A DNA stretch of 64,000 nucleotides from NCBI GenBank assembly GCA_964644695.1, contig CAZXWN010000005.1, positions 1 to 64,000 on the forward strand, read 5' to 3'. The notes under the pieces are model-generated. The model made no database searches. It was not told the DNA's origin and saw only the letters and a program-made list of their open reading frames with translations. The translations under genes and the position numbers were made by a program. This document shows, in pieces, positions 21,762-31,139 of the stretch (position 1 is the first letter of the stretch; every line of letters begins with the position of its first letter). This stretch comes from an uncultured bacterium (GTDB lineage: Bacteria > UBP4 > UBA4092).

Positions 21762-21799
21762 AAAATCCTCCGGTATTTCGGTACTGGAGGATTTTTTTT
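21762..21799 (+). terminator. Intrinsic terminator after eno
   Basis: aaaatcctccggta-loop-tactggaggatttt followed by a T run. Confidence 0.85.
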
Positions 21800-21871
21800 G
21801 TATATTGATATTTAAACGGGAATCGCTAAGCCACTGTAACTTGTTATAATAAAAAAATAAGGGATATAAAT

Positions 21872-22897
21872 ATGAGCACACTCACAACAAAACCCAAAGT
21901 GGCAGTCTTTGAATCCATTGACTGGGAGAATGAGATATTTCGGCAGGAACTGGAGGGTTTCGATGTCCAGTTTTTCTCTGAAGAAATTGAAGAGAACCGG
22001 AATACCTCTGATTTAAAAGAGTTCGAAGTTCTTTCTGGATTCATATATTCCCGATTTAACCGAAAAGTGCTGGAACAGCTTCCCAAAGTCCGTCTTATCA
22101 CCACCCGATCCACGGGATTTGACCATATTGATCTGGAATATTGTAAAGAACGGGGAATAACCGTCTGTAATGTCCCAACCTATGGCGAAAACACGGTGGC
22201 CGAACACACTTTTGCCCTGATACTATGCCTGTCTCGAAATGTTCATGAGGCCTGGCTAAGAACTATCCGGGGTGATTTTTCCATGCAGGGTCTCATGGGA
22301 TTTGATTTAAAAGATAAAGTTCTCGGTGTGGTAGGCACAGGACATATCGGACTTCGAGTCATCAAGATAGCCAAAGGCTTTGGAATGAATGTCATAGCCT
22401 ATGACGTAAAGAAAAATCCATTCATGAGTGAATTCCTGGGGTTTAAATATGTCGGACTCGATGAATTACTGCAAAAATCCGATATCATCTCACTACACGC
22501 CCCCTATAATAAACATACCCACCATTTAATCAATCAGGGCAATATTTCCTTAATCAAAAAAGGCGCTTTACTCATCAATACAGCCCGCGGCGGACTGGTT
22601 GAAACTCCCGCATTAATAAAGGCATTGGACGATGGAATTCTGGCTGGTGCTGGATTGGATGTATTGGAGGGTGAAGACCTCATTAAGGAAGAAAGACAAC
22701 TCCTGTCCACGAATTATCCTGTCGATAATTTGAAAATGTTATTATCAAATCATATTCTGTTACGGCGTGATAATGTCATCATCACACCGCATATCGGATT
22801 TAACAGCAGGGAAGCTATTATGCGAATTTTAATGACCACCGCCTCTAACATCAGGGCTTTTTATCAAAATGCTCCCGAGAATGTCGTAGGTGGTTGA
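21872..22897 (+). CDS. D-isomer-specific 2-hydroxyacid dehydrogenase (D-lactate dehydrogenase-like)
   Basis: TRSTGFDHID, VAEH, GTGHIG, INTARG, GLDVLEGE, TPHIG. Confidence 0.9.
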   Translation: MSTLTTKPKVAVFESIDWENEIFRQELEGFDVQFFSEEIEENRNTSDLKEFEVLSGFIYSRFNRKVLEQLPKVRLITTRSTGFDHIDLEYCKERGITVCNVPTYGENTVAEHTFALILCLSRNVHEAWLRTIRGDFSMQGLMGFDLKDKVLGVVGTGHIGLRVIKIAKGFGMNVIAYDVKKNPFMSEFLGFKYVGLDELLQKSDIISLHAPYNKHTHHLINQGNISLIKKGALLINTARGGLVETPALIKALDDGILAGAGLDVLEGEDLIKEERQLLSTNYPVDNLKMLLSNHILLRRDNVIITPHIGFNSREAIMRILMTTASNIRAFYQNAPENVVGG

Positions 22898-22901
22898 GGA
22901 T

Positions 22902-24560
22902 ATGGAATTAATTCAAAAACTGAATTATAAAGATTTGCCTGGATTCTCCCGATTATTTCGGGAATATCAGTATGAATTTGATAATCTCAGAGAATTCTAT
23001 CCAGCGGGAAATCCTCGCGACTTTGGTTCCTACCAAAAACATGCTCAAAGCATCCTCGCCTCAGGTCATCCCCGGGCTGAAGTTGTATCGGTTCTGAATG
23101 AACAAAATCGGAACTGGGGTGCCCATGAGAATGCTCTGGATAACCTCCAAACTCTAAATGAACCCGACTGTTTAGCTATTGTAACGGGGCAACAGGTGGG
23201 GATATTTGGTGGTCCACTTTTCACCCTCTATAAAGCATTAACGACCATCCAGTTATCGAATACTCTGAACCGTGAATATGGATTAAAGACTATCCCTATA
23301 TTTTGGCTGGCAACAGATGACCATGACTTGAAAGAAATCATGGCAGCGACTTGTATTGACCGGGAAGGAAATCTGAAGGGAATCGCCCTTGACCTGAAGT
23401 CCTATCCGGAGGGTATTCCTGCCGGTCAGGCCATATTGAATGAGGATATCGGGCAAGCCATTCAGGATGTACTGGAAGGAATCCCTGAAACCGAATTTAA
23501 GACTGCCCTTCGGGAACGGCTTTGTGAAGCCTACCACCCCGGCCGAACAGCCTCCGATGCTTTTGCTCTCTGGATGATTCCCTATTTATCCTCGTTGGGT
23601 CTGGTGTTTATGGATGGGGCGGATCCCCGATTAAAACGGTTGGGGAAAAAAGTCTTTATCCGGGAGATTCAAGAGAAATCACCTTCCACTCGGGCAGTTA
23701 TGGAAGCCTCCTCCCGACTGGTTAAAAATGGGTATCATACGCAGCTGACCCAAAGGGAAGACGGATGTAATTTGTTCCTTCACAGTCCCGGAAGAAAAGC
23801 CTTGAAACAGGAAGGTGAACACTGGATTGTCAGTGGGGAGAATACCCTTCGGGATACCGATTCACTGATTGAACAAATACGGAAAGCACCTGAATTTGTC
23901 AGTCCCAATGTTGTCTTACGTCCTGTTTATCAAGATACCTTACTTCCTACTCTGGCTTATGTGTCAGGCCCATCCGAGCTGGCTTATTATGCTCAGTTGG
24001 GGGGAGTCTATGAGAATTTCAACCGAGTCATGCCTTTCATATTCCCACGAGCTGGATTGACCCTTCTGGAAAATCGCATTGCTCGGAACATGCAGAAACT
24101 GGGGATTCAAATGACAGATTCCCTGGGAAATATCGAAACAGTCATTACCGATTTATTGAAACAAAGCCTGCCCTCGGAACTGGAACAGGATTTCAATTTA
24201 TTGTCCACTGGAATAAACCAGTTCAACAGCCTGATGAAAAAAAATATTCAGGAATGGGACCCCACATTAGTAAATGCCGTAGAAACAACCTGTAACTCCA
24301 TGAAACATAATCTGGAACAGTTGAATAAGAAAATTATTGCCGCCCACAAAAAGAAAAACGATATCGTTCGTCAGCAGATATATCGGACTTTCATTCATAT
24401 TCATCCTGCGGGAATGTATCAGGAGAGGGTCTTTAATATGATTCCCTATCTGTGTAAATACGGGCCGGGATTAGTGAAAGACTTACTGAATATTATCGAT
24501 GTCAGTGACCCGGAACACCGGGTAGTCATTGTGGGGCAAAGGGAAGGTGAACGGTCATGA
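22902..24560 (+). CDS. bshC: Bacillithiol biosynthesis cysteine-adding enzyme BshC
   Basis: VTGQQ.G.FGGPL.T.YKA, FW.A.DDHD..E, SPNV.LRP.YQ, GP.E.AY.AQL, QER. Confidence 0.93.
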   Translation: MELIQKLNYKDLPGFSRLFREYQYEFDNLREFYPAGNPRDFGSYQKHAQSILASGHPRAEVVSVLNEQNRNWGAHENALDNLQTLNEPDCLAIVTGQQVGIFGGPLFTLYKALTTIQLSNTLNREYGLKTIPIFWLATDDHDLKEIMAATCIDREGNLKGIALDLKSYPEGIPAGQAILNEDIGQAIQDVLEGIPETEFKTALRERLCEAYHPGRTASDAFALWMIPYLSSLGLVFMDGADPRLKRLGKKVFIREIQEKSPSTRAVMEASSRLVKNGYHTQLTQREDGCNLFLHSPGRKALKQEGEHWIVSGENTLRDTDSLIEQIRKAPEFVSPNVVLRPVYQDTLLPTLAYVSGPSELAYYAQLGGVYENFNRVMPFIFPRAGLTLLENRIARNMQKLGIQMTDSLGNIETVITDLLKQSLPSELEQDFNLLSTGINQFNSLMKKNIQEWDPTLVNAVETTCNSMKHNLEQLNKKIIAAHKKKNDIVRQQIYRTFIHIHPAGMYQERVFNMIPYLCKYGPGLVKDLLNIIDVSDPEHRVVIVGQREGERS

Positions 24561-25684
24561 ATATCGGTATAATCTGTTATCCTACTTATGGCGGTTCTGG
24601 AGTTGTCGCCACGGAGCTGGGAATTTCTCTGGCAAAAAAGGGACATCAGGTCCATTTTATCAGTTATGCGGTCCCCTTCCGATTACAGGGCTTTGTCCCT
24701 AATGTTTATTTTCATGAAGTGCCCGTCAGTATCTATCCCCTGTTCAAATACCCTTCTTATGACCTGGCATTATCGGCCAAAATGATGGAAGTGGCGGAAC
24801 AACACAATTTGGATATTTTCCATGTGCACTATGCAATTCCACACGCCGCGTGTGCGTATTTGACGCATCAGATGATGGGAAATAAAAGCCCCAAAGTCAT
24901 TACCACTTTACACGGAACAGATATCACCCTGGTTGGACAGGACAAATCATTTTTCCCCATTACTAAATTCTCTATTGAACAAAGTGATGGAGTAACCGTT
25001 GTCTCCAATTACTTAAAAACGGAGACAGAAAAAGTTTTCGGTATTCAACGGGATATCCGTGTCATACCCAATTTTGTCGATACTGAAGAATTTACCGGAC
25101 ACACCAAAGGATGCCGTAAAAAATATTTCGCTCCCGGTGGGGAAAAAGTCATTATGCATATCTCCAATTTCCGGCCCGTGAAACGGATCCCCGATGTTAT
25201 CCGAATCTTTGAGAAAATCCATGAGAAGATAACCTCAAAACTGGTTTTAGTGGGAGAAGGCCCTGAATTAACCCCAGGACTGGAATTGGCCCGCTCTCTA
25301 GGTATTCAGCAGGATGTCATCTCCATGGGTAAACAGGATTTTCTGCCTGATTTGTTGCCTTGTTCGGATTTATATCTGTTACCCAGTGAAACCGAAAGTT
25401 TTGGTTTATCAGCCTTGGAAGCCATGGCCAGCGGCGTACCGGTAATTGCCTCCCGGGTGGGAGGATTACCCGAAGTCGTTACCGATGGACGGAATGGATA
25501 TTTGTGTGAAATTGGGAATGTGAATTGTATGGCAAATCTGGCGGTCGGTTTATTATCTGACCCGGATAAAAATGCCCAGTTCAGGAAACAGTGCCGGGAA
25601 GATGCGGTCAATAAATTTAATAAAGACCGTGGAGTGGCATTATATGAAGACTATTACAAAGAAATTCTGGGACAGGGGAATTAA
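24557..25684 (+). CDS. bshA: N-acetyl-alpha-D-glucosaminyl L-malate synthase BshA
   Basis: CYPTYGGSGVVATELG, HVHYAIPHA, TTLHGTDITLVG, SNFRPVKR, ESFGL.ALEAM. Confidence 0.96.
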   Translation: MNIGIICYPTYGGSGVVATELGISLAKKGHQVHFISYAVPFRLQGFVPNVYFHEVPVSIYPLFKYPSYDLALSAKMMEVAEQHNLDIFHVHYAIPHAACAYLTHQMMGNKSPKVITTLHGTDITLVGQDKSFFPITKFSIEQSDGVTVVSNYLKTETEKVFGIQRDIRVIPNFVDTEEFTGHTKGCRKKYFAPGGEKVIMHISNFRPVKRIPDVIRIFEKIHEKITSKLVLVGEGPELTPGLELARSLGIQQDVISMGKQDFLPDLLPCSDLYLLPSETESFGLSALEAMASGVPVIASRVGGLPEVVTDGRNGYLCEIGNVNCMANLAVGLLSDPDKNAQFRKQCREDAVNKFNKDRGVALYEDYYKEILGQGN

Positions 25685-25687
25685 TTA

Positions 25688-26395
25688 ATGAAACTGGATA
25701 TATTGGCAGTCGCTGCCCACCGGGACGATGTCGAAATCACCATTGGAGGCACCCTGATTAAATTAGTACAACAGGGATATGCCGTAGGTGTATTAGACCT
25801 GACTCAGGGAGAAATGGGATCCTTTGGTTCTCCTGCCATTCGAGAACAGGAAGCACAGGCTTCCGCCAAGATTCTCGGACTGGTATGGCGGAATAACTTG
25901 AATTTACCCGACTCAGCAATCACCAATACCCGGGAAAACCAGTTAAAACTGGTAAAAATATACAGGGAAGTCCGTCCCGATATTTTGATTCTTCCTTATT
26001 GGAAAGGCCGGCATCCAGACCACACGATCACCCCTAAACTGGCTTATGAAGCCGCGTACCTTTCCGGTTTACGAAAACTGGAAGTGGAGGGCGAGAAACA
26101 TCGGCCTCGAAAAATTGTTTATAGTACCGCTTATCATGATGACAAACCAAGTTTTGTCGTAGATATCAGTGCTCAGATGGATCAGAAACTGGATGCCCTC
26201 AGATGTTATAAATCTCAATTTGAATTACCTCCCGGTGAAGAGATACCGTTCACCAAAACTGATGTGTTTGAAGCCGTCAGGTCCACAAACCGTTTTTATG
26301 GAATGATGATCCAAAAACAATATGGTGAGCCCTATCTAATTAATGAGATGATGGAAATAGATGATTTAACCCAGTTGACGGTTAAGTCTATTTAA
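25688..26395 (+). CDS. bshB1: Bacillithiol biosynthesis deacetylase BshB1 (PIG-L family)
   Basis: AH.DD.E, DLT.GEMG, RHPDH, Y.SQF; follows bshA. Confidence 0.92.
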   Translation: MKLDILAVAAHRDDVEITIGGTLIKLVQQGYAVGVLDLTQGEMGSFGSPAIREQEAQASAKILGLVWRNNLNLPDSAITNTRENQLKLVKIYREVRPDILILPYWKGRHPDHTITPKLAYEAAYLSGLRKLEVEGEKHRPRKIVYSTAYHDDKPSFVVDISAQMDQKLDALRCYKSQFELPPGEEIPFTKTDVFEAVRSTNRFYGMMIQKQYGEPYLINEMMEIDDLTQLTVKSI

Positions 26396-26412
26396 GGTGA
26401 AATAGACAGTTC

Positions 26413-27129
26413 ATGGAAATTAAAGGAAATATCAGCTCAGCAACTTTTATCCGAAGAGATAACCGATTCATAGCCACAGTGAAAATCGGGCATTATCTGT
26501 ATAGTGCACATGTTCCAAACACCGGTAGAATGAGGGAATTACTCCGACTGGGCCGAGAAGTCATGGTCGTTGAAAATATCCAGCCAAATCGAAAAACGGA
26601 TTATGACTTGATATTGGTCAAAATTGCCGGAGGGTGGGCGTGTATTGACTCCCGTATCCCGAATCGGTTATTCAGTGAAAGTTTCAAAGATGAATTATTC
26701 CCCTATTTCCAGGGGTATCAAAACCTGAAAGCGGAAGTCACTTATCGGAACAGCCGGTTTGATTTCTGCCTGTCCAATCCCGAAAAAAGCCAGCGGCGGA
26801 TTCTCCCTGCCAAATATTACCTCGAAGTAAAATCCGTCACTCTCGTCAAAAACCATCAGGCAGCCATGTTTCCGGATGCACCCACTGAACGGGGAACAAA
26901 ACATCTGGAAGACTTGATTATGGCGAGAGAACAGGGACACGGTGCGGGGATCCTGTTTTGTGTCCAGAGGGAAGATGCGGATTATTTCACGCCTCATGAT
27001 GATAATGACCCCGTGTTTGGAGACGCTCTCCGCAAAGCCAAAGCGGCAGGGGTAGATGTGATGGCGTGTCTTTCTATCGTTGATGAACGGGAAATCTATC
27101 TTTCCGAACCCATCCCCGTTGTTCTTTAA
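26413..27129 (+). CDS. sfsA: Sugar fermentation stimulation protein / SfsA nuclease
   Basis: NRF, HVPNTGRM.EL, SRFDF, EVKSVTL, FPDAPT.RG.KHL. Confidence 0.95.
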   Translation: MEIKGNISSATFIRRDNRFIATVKIGHYLYSAHVPNTGRMRELLRLGREVMVVENIQPNRKTDYDLILVKIAGGWACIDSRIPNRLFSESFKDELFPYFQGYQNLKAEVTYRNSRFDFCLSNPEKSQRRILPAKYYLEVKSVTLVKNHQAAMFPDAPTERGTKHLEDLIMAREQGHGAGILFCVQREDADYFTPHDDNDPVFGDALRKAKAAGVDVMACLSIVDEREIYLSEPIPVVL

Positions 27130-27135
27130 TTGATT

Positions 27136-28527
27136 CTATTTTCCGATACAAAATCGGGAGAATATCCTGTCCAATAAATCCGGGGTAGCATTCGCTCCGG
27201 TAATCAATCCCAGATGATGCAGCGATTCTCTCAAATCAGGCGAAATCAGTTCCGGAGAGACTTGATGTGCCAGCCCGTCCCAGATCCGGTCCAAATCAGC
27301 AACGGTTTTTTCTAATAATTCCGCATGGCGAAGATTCGTCACCATGAGAGTCGAAGTAGAATCCGTCACCTGCCCTTCCCGGACCCGGTTTGCCATCGCC
27401 TGCCGTAAATGCGTCAATCCATTTCCAGTCAGTGCCGACAATTCAACGACAGGACAGGAGGGGATTTCCTGACAGGATAACTGGTTCGGTAAATCGGATT
27501 TATTTAATGCGGCAAGGACGGGAGTCTGAGGAGCCAATTCCTTTATCAAGTTCAATAAAGTCTGGTCTTCTTCATCCCAGGGTCGGGATTGATCCAAAAT
27601 CAAGACAATCAGGTCCGCTTGAGAGATAGCTTCCCGGCTTCTCCGAACTCCTTCTTTTTCGACCACATCAGAGGTATGTCGAATTCCGGCAGTATCAGTT
27701 AAAACAAAGGGGATGCCATCAACGACCACCTGTTCTGTAATGGTATCGCGAGTGGTCCCCGGCAAGGGAGTTACAATAGCTCGTTCCTCATCTAACAGTC
27801 GATTCAAAAGACTGGATTTCCCGGCATTCGGTTTTCCAATCAAAACCGTTCGGACTCCCTCACGAATGGCTTTTCCATATCGTGCAGAGGTAAGTAATGT
27901 TTTAATCTTTTCTTTAATGGAAGTGACTTTCTCCAAATCAGATTCATATAAATGGTCAGGAAGTTCTTCCTCAGGAAAATCAATATGTGCTTCCAGTTCC
28001 GCCAGAATATCCAACAGGTCAGATGTATAACTTTTCAAGGTATGTGATAACCCGCCGCCCAGTTGGGATAAAGCCGCTTTTTCAGCAAGACTTGATTGAG
28101 CTTTGATAAGGTCTGCAACGGCTTCCGCCTGGGTCAAATCCATTCGGCCATTCAGAAACGCCCGACGAGTGTATTCACCGGGTTCTGCCAGCCGGGCACC
28201 CTGACGGAGCAATAATTCCAAAATCCGCCGAAGTATAAAAGTCCCACCATGAGCCTGTATTTCAACAAGGTCTTCCCCAGTATAAGTCTGTGGCTGACGA
28301 AAGACAGCTAACATCACCTCATCCAAAGTCTCACCGGAGTCAGGGTCTTGAATATGTCCCACATATAACCGGTTGGACTCACGGGATTCCATCGGAATTA
28401 TTTTCCGACCTTGAAATACCCGTTCCGCAATCAATAATGACTCCGGACCCGATAACCGAAGGATACCGATGGCACCCTCTCCGGGAGGGGTGGCAATAGC
28501 CGCTATGGTGTCTTTTGTATTCAACAT
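27136..28527 (-). CDS. mnmE: tRNA modification GTPase MnmE
   Basis: DTIAAIATP, GKPNAGKSSL, GTTRD, DTAG, NKSD, C-terminal FCIGK. Confidence 0.98.
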   Translation of the reverse strand: MLNTKDTIAAIATPPGEGAIGILRLSGPESLLIAERVFQGRKIIPMESRESNRLYVGHIQDPDSGETLDEVMLAVFRQPQTYTGEDLVEIQAHGGTFILRRILELLLRQGARLAEPGEYTRRAFLNGRMDLTQAEAVADLIKAQSSLAEKAALSQLGGGLSHTLKSYTSDLLDILAELEAHIDFPEEELPDHLYESDLEKVTSIKEKIKTLLTSARYGKAIREGVRTVLIGKPNAGKSSLLNRLLDEERAIVTPLPGTTRDTITEQVVVDGIPFVLTDTAGIRHTSDVVEKEGVRRSREAISQADLIVLILDQSRPWDEEDQTLLNLIKELAPQTPVLAALNKSDLPNQLSCQEIPSCPVVELSALTGNGLTHLRQAMANRVREGQVTDSTSTLMVTNLRHAELLEKTVADLDRIWDGLAHQVSPELISPDLRESLHHLGLITGANATPDLLDRIFSRFCIGK

Positions 28528-28573
28528 ATCCTAACTATTTTACCTGACATCACTTCTTCCCGCTCCCCATCCT

Positions 28574-28624
28574 AAACGAATCATCCACGGACCTGCTCCG
28601 AGCTGCTCCGTGGATGATTCGTTT
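28574..28624. repeat. Complete palindromic repeat: 18-bp perfect inverted arms around a 15-nt loop
   Basis: aaacgaatcatccacgga-cctgctccgagctgc-tccgtggatgattcgttt; related partial copies at 1-36 and 46979-46997. Confidence 0.85.
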
Positions 28625-28685
28625 TACGACAATATAATTAATTACCTTCAGTGGGATTAAATTAATCAGAACACAGAAACATAAT

Positions 28686-28720
28686 AAAAAGCCAGTCACC
28701 TTTATGAGGCGGCTGGCTTT
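28686..28720 (-). terminator. Probable intrinsic terminator
   Basis: aaagccagtcacc...ggcggctggcttt hairpin with an A tract, downstream of the 28751 gene. Confidence 0.6.
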
Positions 28721-28750
28721 AATTTCAGATTATTATTAATCGAAAAACGG

Positions 28751-29302
28751 TTAGTCTTTCATTTTTTCAACGACATCCATGGGGAGGGGCTTTGATTTTT
28801 GGATTTCGATAGCAGATTTTCTTTGTTTTTCATTTGGCTTAAAAGCATCAACCAACTTCATGGTGATATCTACTTTATCGGCATCCGCATATTTAGTCAT
28901 ATTTTCACTATCCCACTTGGAAATGATGGTCTCAAAACCTTCCGCTTTCTGTATCTCAGGAAGAACATTGGGGATATAGAAAAATAAGTCATTCACAGGT
29001 TCGGTACTGAAGGCCTGTTTATGCATTTTTTTCTGCATGCTTTTGCCTATATTTTCCAAATTAGCGGCAACTTTTGTATTTTTAGAATCTTTTGCTTTCT
29101 TGATTTCTTCATTGAGTCCCTTAAGCTGTTTTTCATGGATTGCTGAACCAGCAAAAGCCACAGCCACCGCACGGGAGTCATAAATCCCAATTTTTACCTT
29201 CGGTTTTTCTTCTTTCTCCTGTGCAAAAACAATCTGAGTCATTCCCACGAAAAGACTCAATACCATTAATACGACGGTCGTCACCCATATACTTTTACGC
29301 AT
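28751..29302 (-). CDS. Exported hypothetical protein, possibly Skp/OmpH-like
   Basis: Signal peptide, KIGIYDSRAV strand, Lys-rich helical region, DIT motif near the C-terminus; similarity is weak. Confidence 0.5.
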   Translation of the reverse strand: MRKSIWVTTVVLMVLSLFVGMTQIVFAQEKEEKPKVKIGIYDSRAVAVAFAGSAIHEKQLKGLNEEIKKAKDSKNTKVAANLENIGKSMQKKMHKQAFSTEPVNDLFFYIPNVLPEIQKAEGFETIISKWDSENMTKYADADKVDITMKLVDAFKPNEKQRKSAIEIQKSKPLPMDVVEKMKD

Positions 29303-29376
29303 TCAATAATCCTTTCATTGTTTTACAGTTCGGTCATACCACCTGATTACAGGTCAATATAAATGTTAATTAAAAC

Positions 29377-30330
29377 CTAGTCTTTGATGTGATTCAATAC
29401 AAAATCACAGATATCATCCATCGCCTCTGTGGCTTCCGGGAATAGTGATGCACAGACAGGATAACAATGGAATAATCCTTCCCCAATTTTCAGGGTCACA
29501 TCCACACCCGCTTCTTTTGCTTTCCGGGCAAACTCCACGGAATCATCCAACAGGATTTCATCACCTCCTACAGAAATATACAAGGGAGGCAGCCCCTGAA
29601 GATGACCCAATATTGGAGAAATCCAGGGTTGTCTGGGGTCCTGTTCACCGACATAGTGTTTACTAAAGGCGGTCCAGGTTCCCTCCGGTGACAAACATTT
29701 CTTTGCATTACTCTGATACGACTTTCCAGAACATGTCAGGTCTGTCCAGGGTGAGAGTACCGCGGCTGCAGCTGGCAGGGATATTCCCTTATCCTTCAGA
29801 GCTAACAGGGTCGCCAAAACCAATCCACCACCCGCTGAATCCCCGATAAAAACAATCTTGGAAGCAGAAACTCCCTGATTCAAAAGCCATTGATAGACGG
29901 TGACGGAATCCTCCACCGCCGCCGGATATTGATGTTCTGGGGCAAGCCTGTATTCAAAAAGGAGGGTTTTCAGGGGAGCCTTCTTAAAAAACTTGGATAC
30001 ATGGATCCGGTGGTCAGTACATGAACCGGAGACATACCCTCCTCCATGAAAGAAAAGAATGACTTTATCTTCCGGGGCATTAGAGGGAATGATCCACTCG
30101 GCAGGGATTCCATTGATTGAAGCCGGTTTTATCGTAATTTCTTTAGGAAGAGTACCAAATCGACTGGCACCTTTTTCACATTCTTCCCGAAATTTCAATA
30201 TAGATTCAGTAGTCGTCCAGTCAATCTTCTCTGGTTTTAATCGAAACTTAAATAAGTGACGATTCTTTAATAAAGAAGCGAATAATCGAGCTCGTAAACT
30301 TAACATCTTATGACTCCGATGTATTTTCAA
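29377..30330 (-). CDS. Alpha/beta hydrolase, HSL-family esterase
   Basis: HGGGY, YRLAPEH, GDSAGG nucleophile, E..LDD, H. Confidence 0.93.
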   Translation of the reverse strand: MKIHRSHKMLSLRARLFASLLKNRHLFKFRLKPEKIDWTTTESILKFREECEKGASRFGTLPKEITIKPASINGIPAEWIIPSNAPEDKVILFFHGGGYVSGSCTDHRIHVSKFFKKAPLKTLLFEYRLAPEHQYPAAVEDSVTVYQWLLNQGVSASKIVFIGDSAGGGLVLATLLALKDKGISLPAAAAVLSPWTDLTCSGKSYQSNAKKCLSPEGTWTAFSKHYVGEQDPRQPWISPILGHLQGLPPLYISVGGDEILLDDSVEFARKAKEAGVDVTLKIGEGLFHCYPVCASLFPEATEAMDDICDFVLNHIKD

Positions 30331-30952
30331 AACATTTCATAAGGGCATAAAAATACTTTTCTTCCCCTGTTTTATATAATCCATACCAGGCATCCAACAC
30401 ATCAGCGCTAAATATATCCAACTTTTGAAAAATGTTGTACGCAAACTCAAGGGATGCTGTCCCGCCGGCGGTAATCACCAGATTGTCCGTAACCGCAGGC
30501 TGCTCCACATATAAAGAGGAACCTTTATATTGGGTAGCCTGCAGATATATCAAAGCATTACTGGTATGTTTCACATTATCTAATAGACCCGCCCGAGCCA
30601 TTCCTGCAGTAGCACCACAGATGGCGGCGACAGGAATCCCATGGGAAATAAAGTCTTGTGCTTTCTGGATAACTTCTCCATTGAGCCCTCGATCCCAGCT
30701 GGTTCCTCCCGGCAGAATAAGCATGGCACTCTGAGACAAATCCAATTCATCCAGAGATAAATCCGGAAGAATTCTGATTCCCCCCGCCGTAGTTACAGGA
30801 TCTTTACTCAAACCCACCGTCTTCACACTGTATCGGTTTGGATTTTTCTGGAACATGGGATCATTGATTCCACCCACAGCATAGCTGGCTTCCCAATCCA
30901 CCATCTTATCAAAGACATAGAGATAGACAAATTTCTTCTGTGAAGTATTCAT
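30308..30952 (-). CDS. DJ-1/PfpI family protein (YdeA-like)
   Basis: DWE, LILPGG, AAICGA, ITAGG. Confidence 0.9.
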   Translation of the reverse strand: MNTSQKKFVYLYVFDKMVDWEASYAVGGINDPMFQKNPNRYSVKTVGLSKDPVTTAGGIRILPDLSLDELDLSQSAMLILPGGTSWDRGLNGEVIQKAQDFISHGIPVAAICGATAGMARAGLLDNVKHTSNALIYLQATQYKGSSLYVEQPAVTDNLVITAGGTASLEFAYNIFQKLDIFSADVLDAWYGLYKTGEEKYFYALMKCFENTSES

Positions 30953-31139
30953 ATAAGGGTATCCTGTTGAGAATTAAATAATTAATGTATAACTAATTAT
31001 AATGGATTATCCGTAGCAACCTCATCCGGCAGACCTTTCAAACCGGTCTGATTGGATGGTTAAACAGTTTCTGCTCTCGCGATGAAGGGATTCGCGATAA
31101 TATGCTTTATAATCTTCAGGATACTGTTTTATTAATAGT

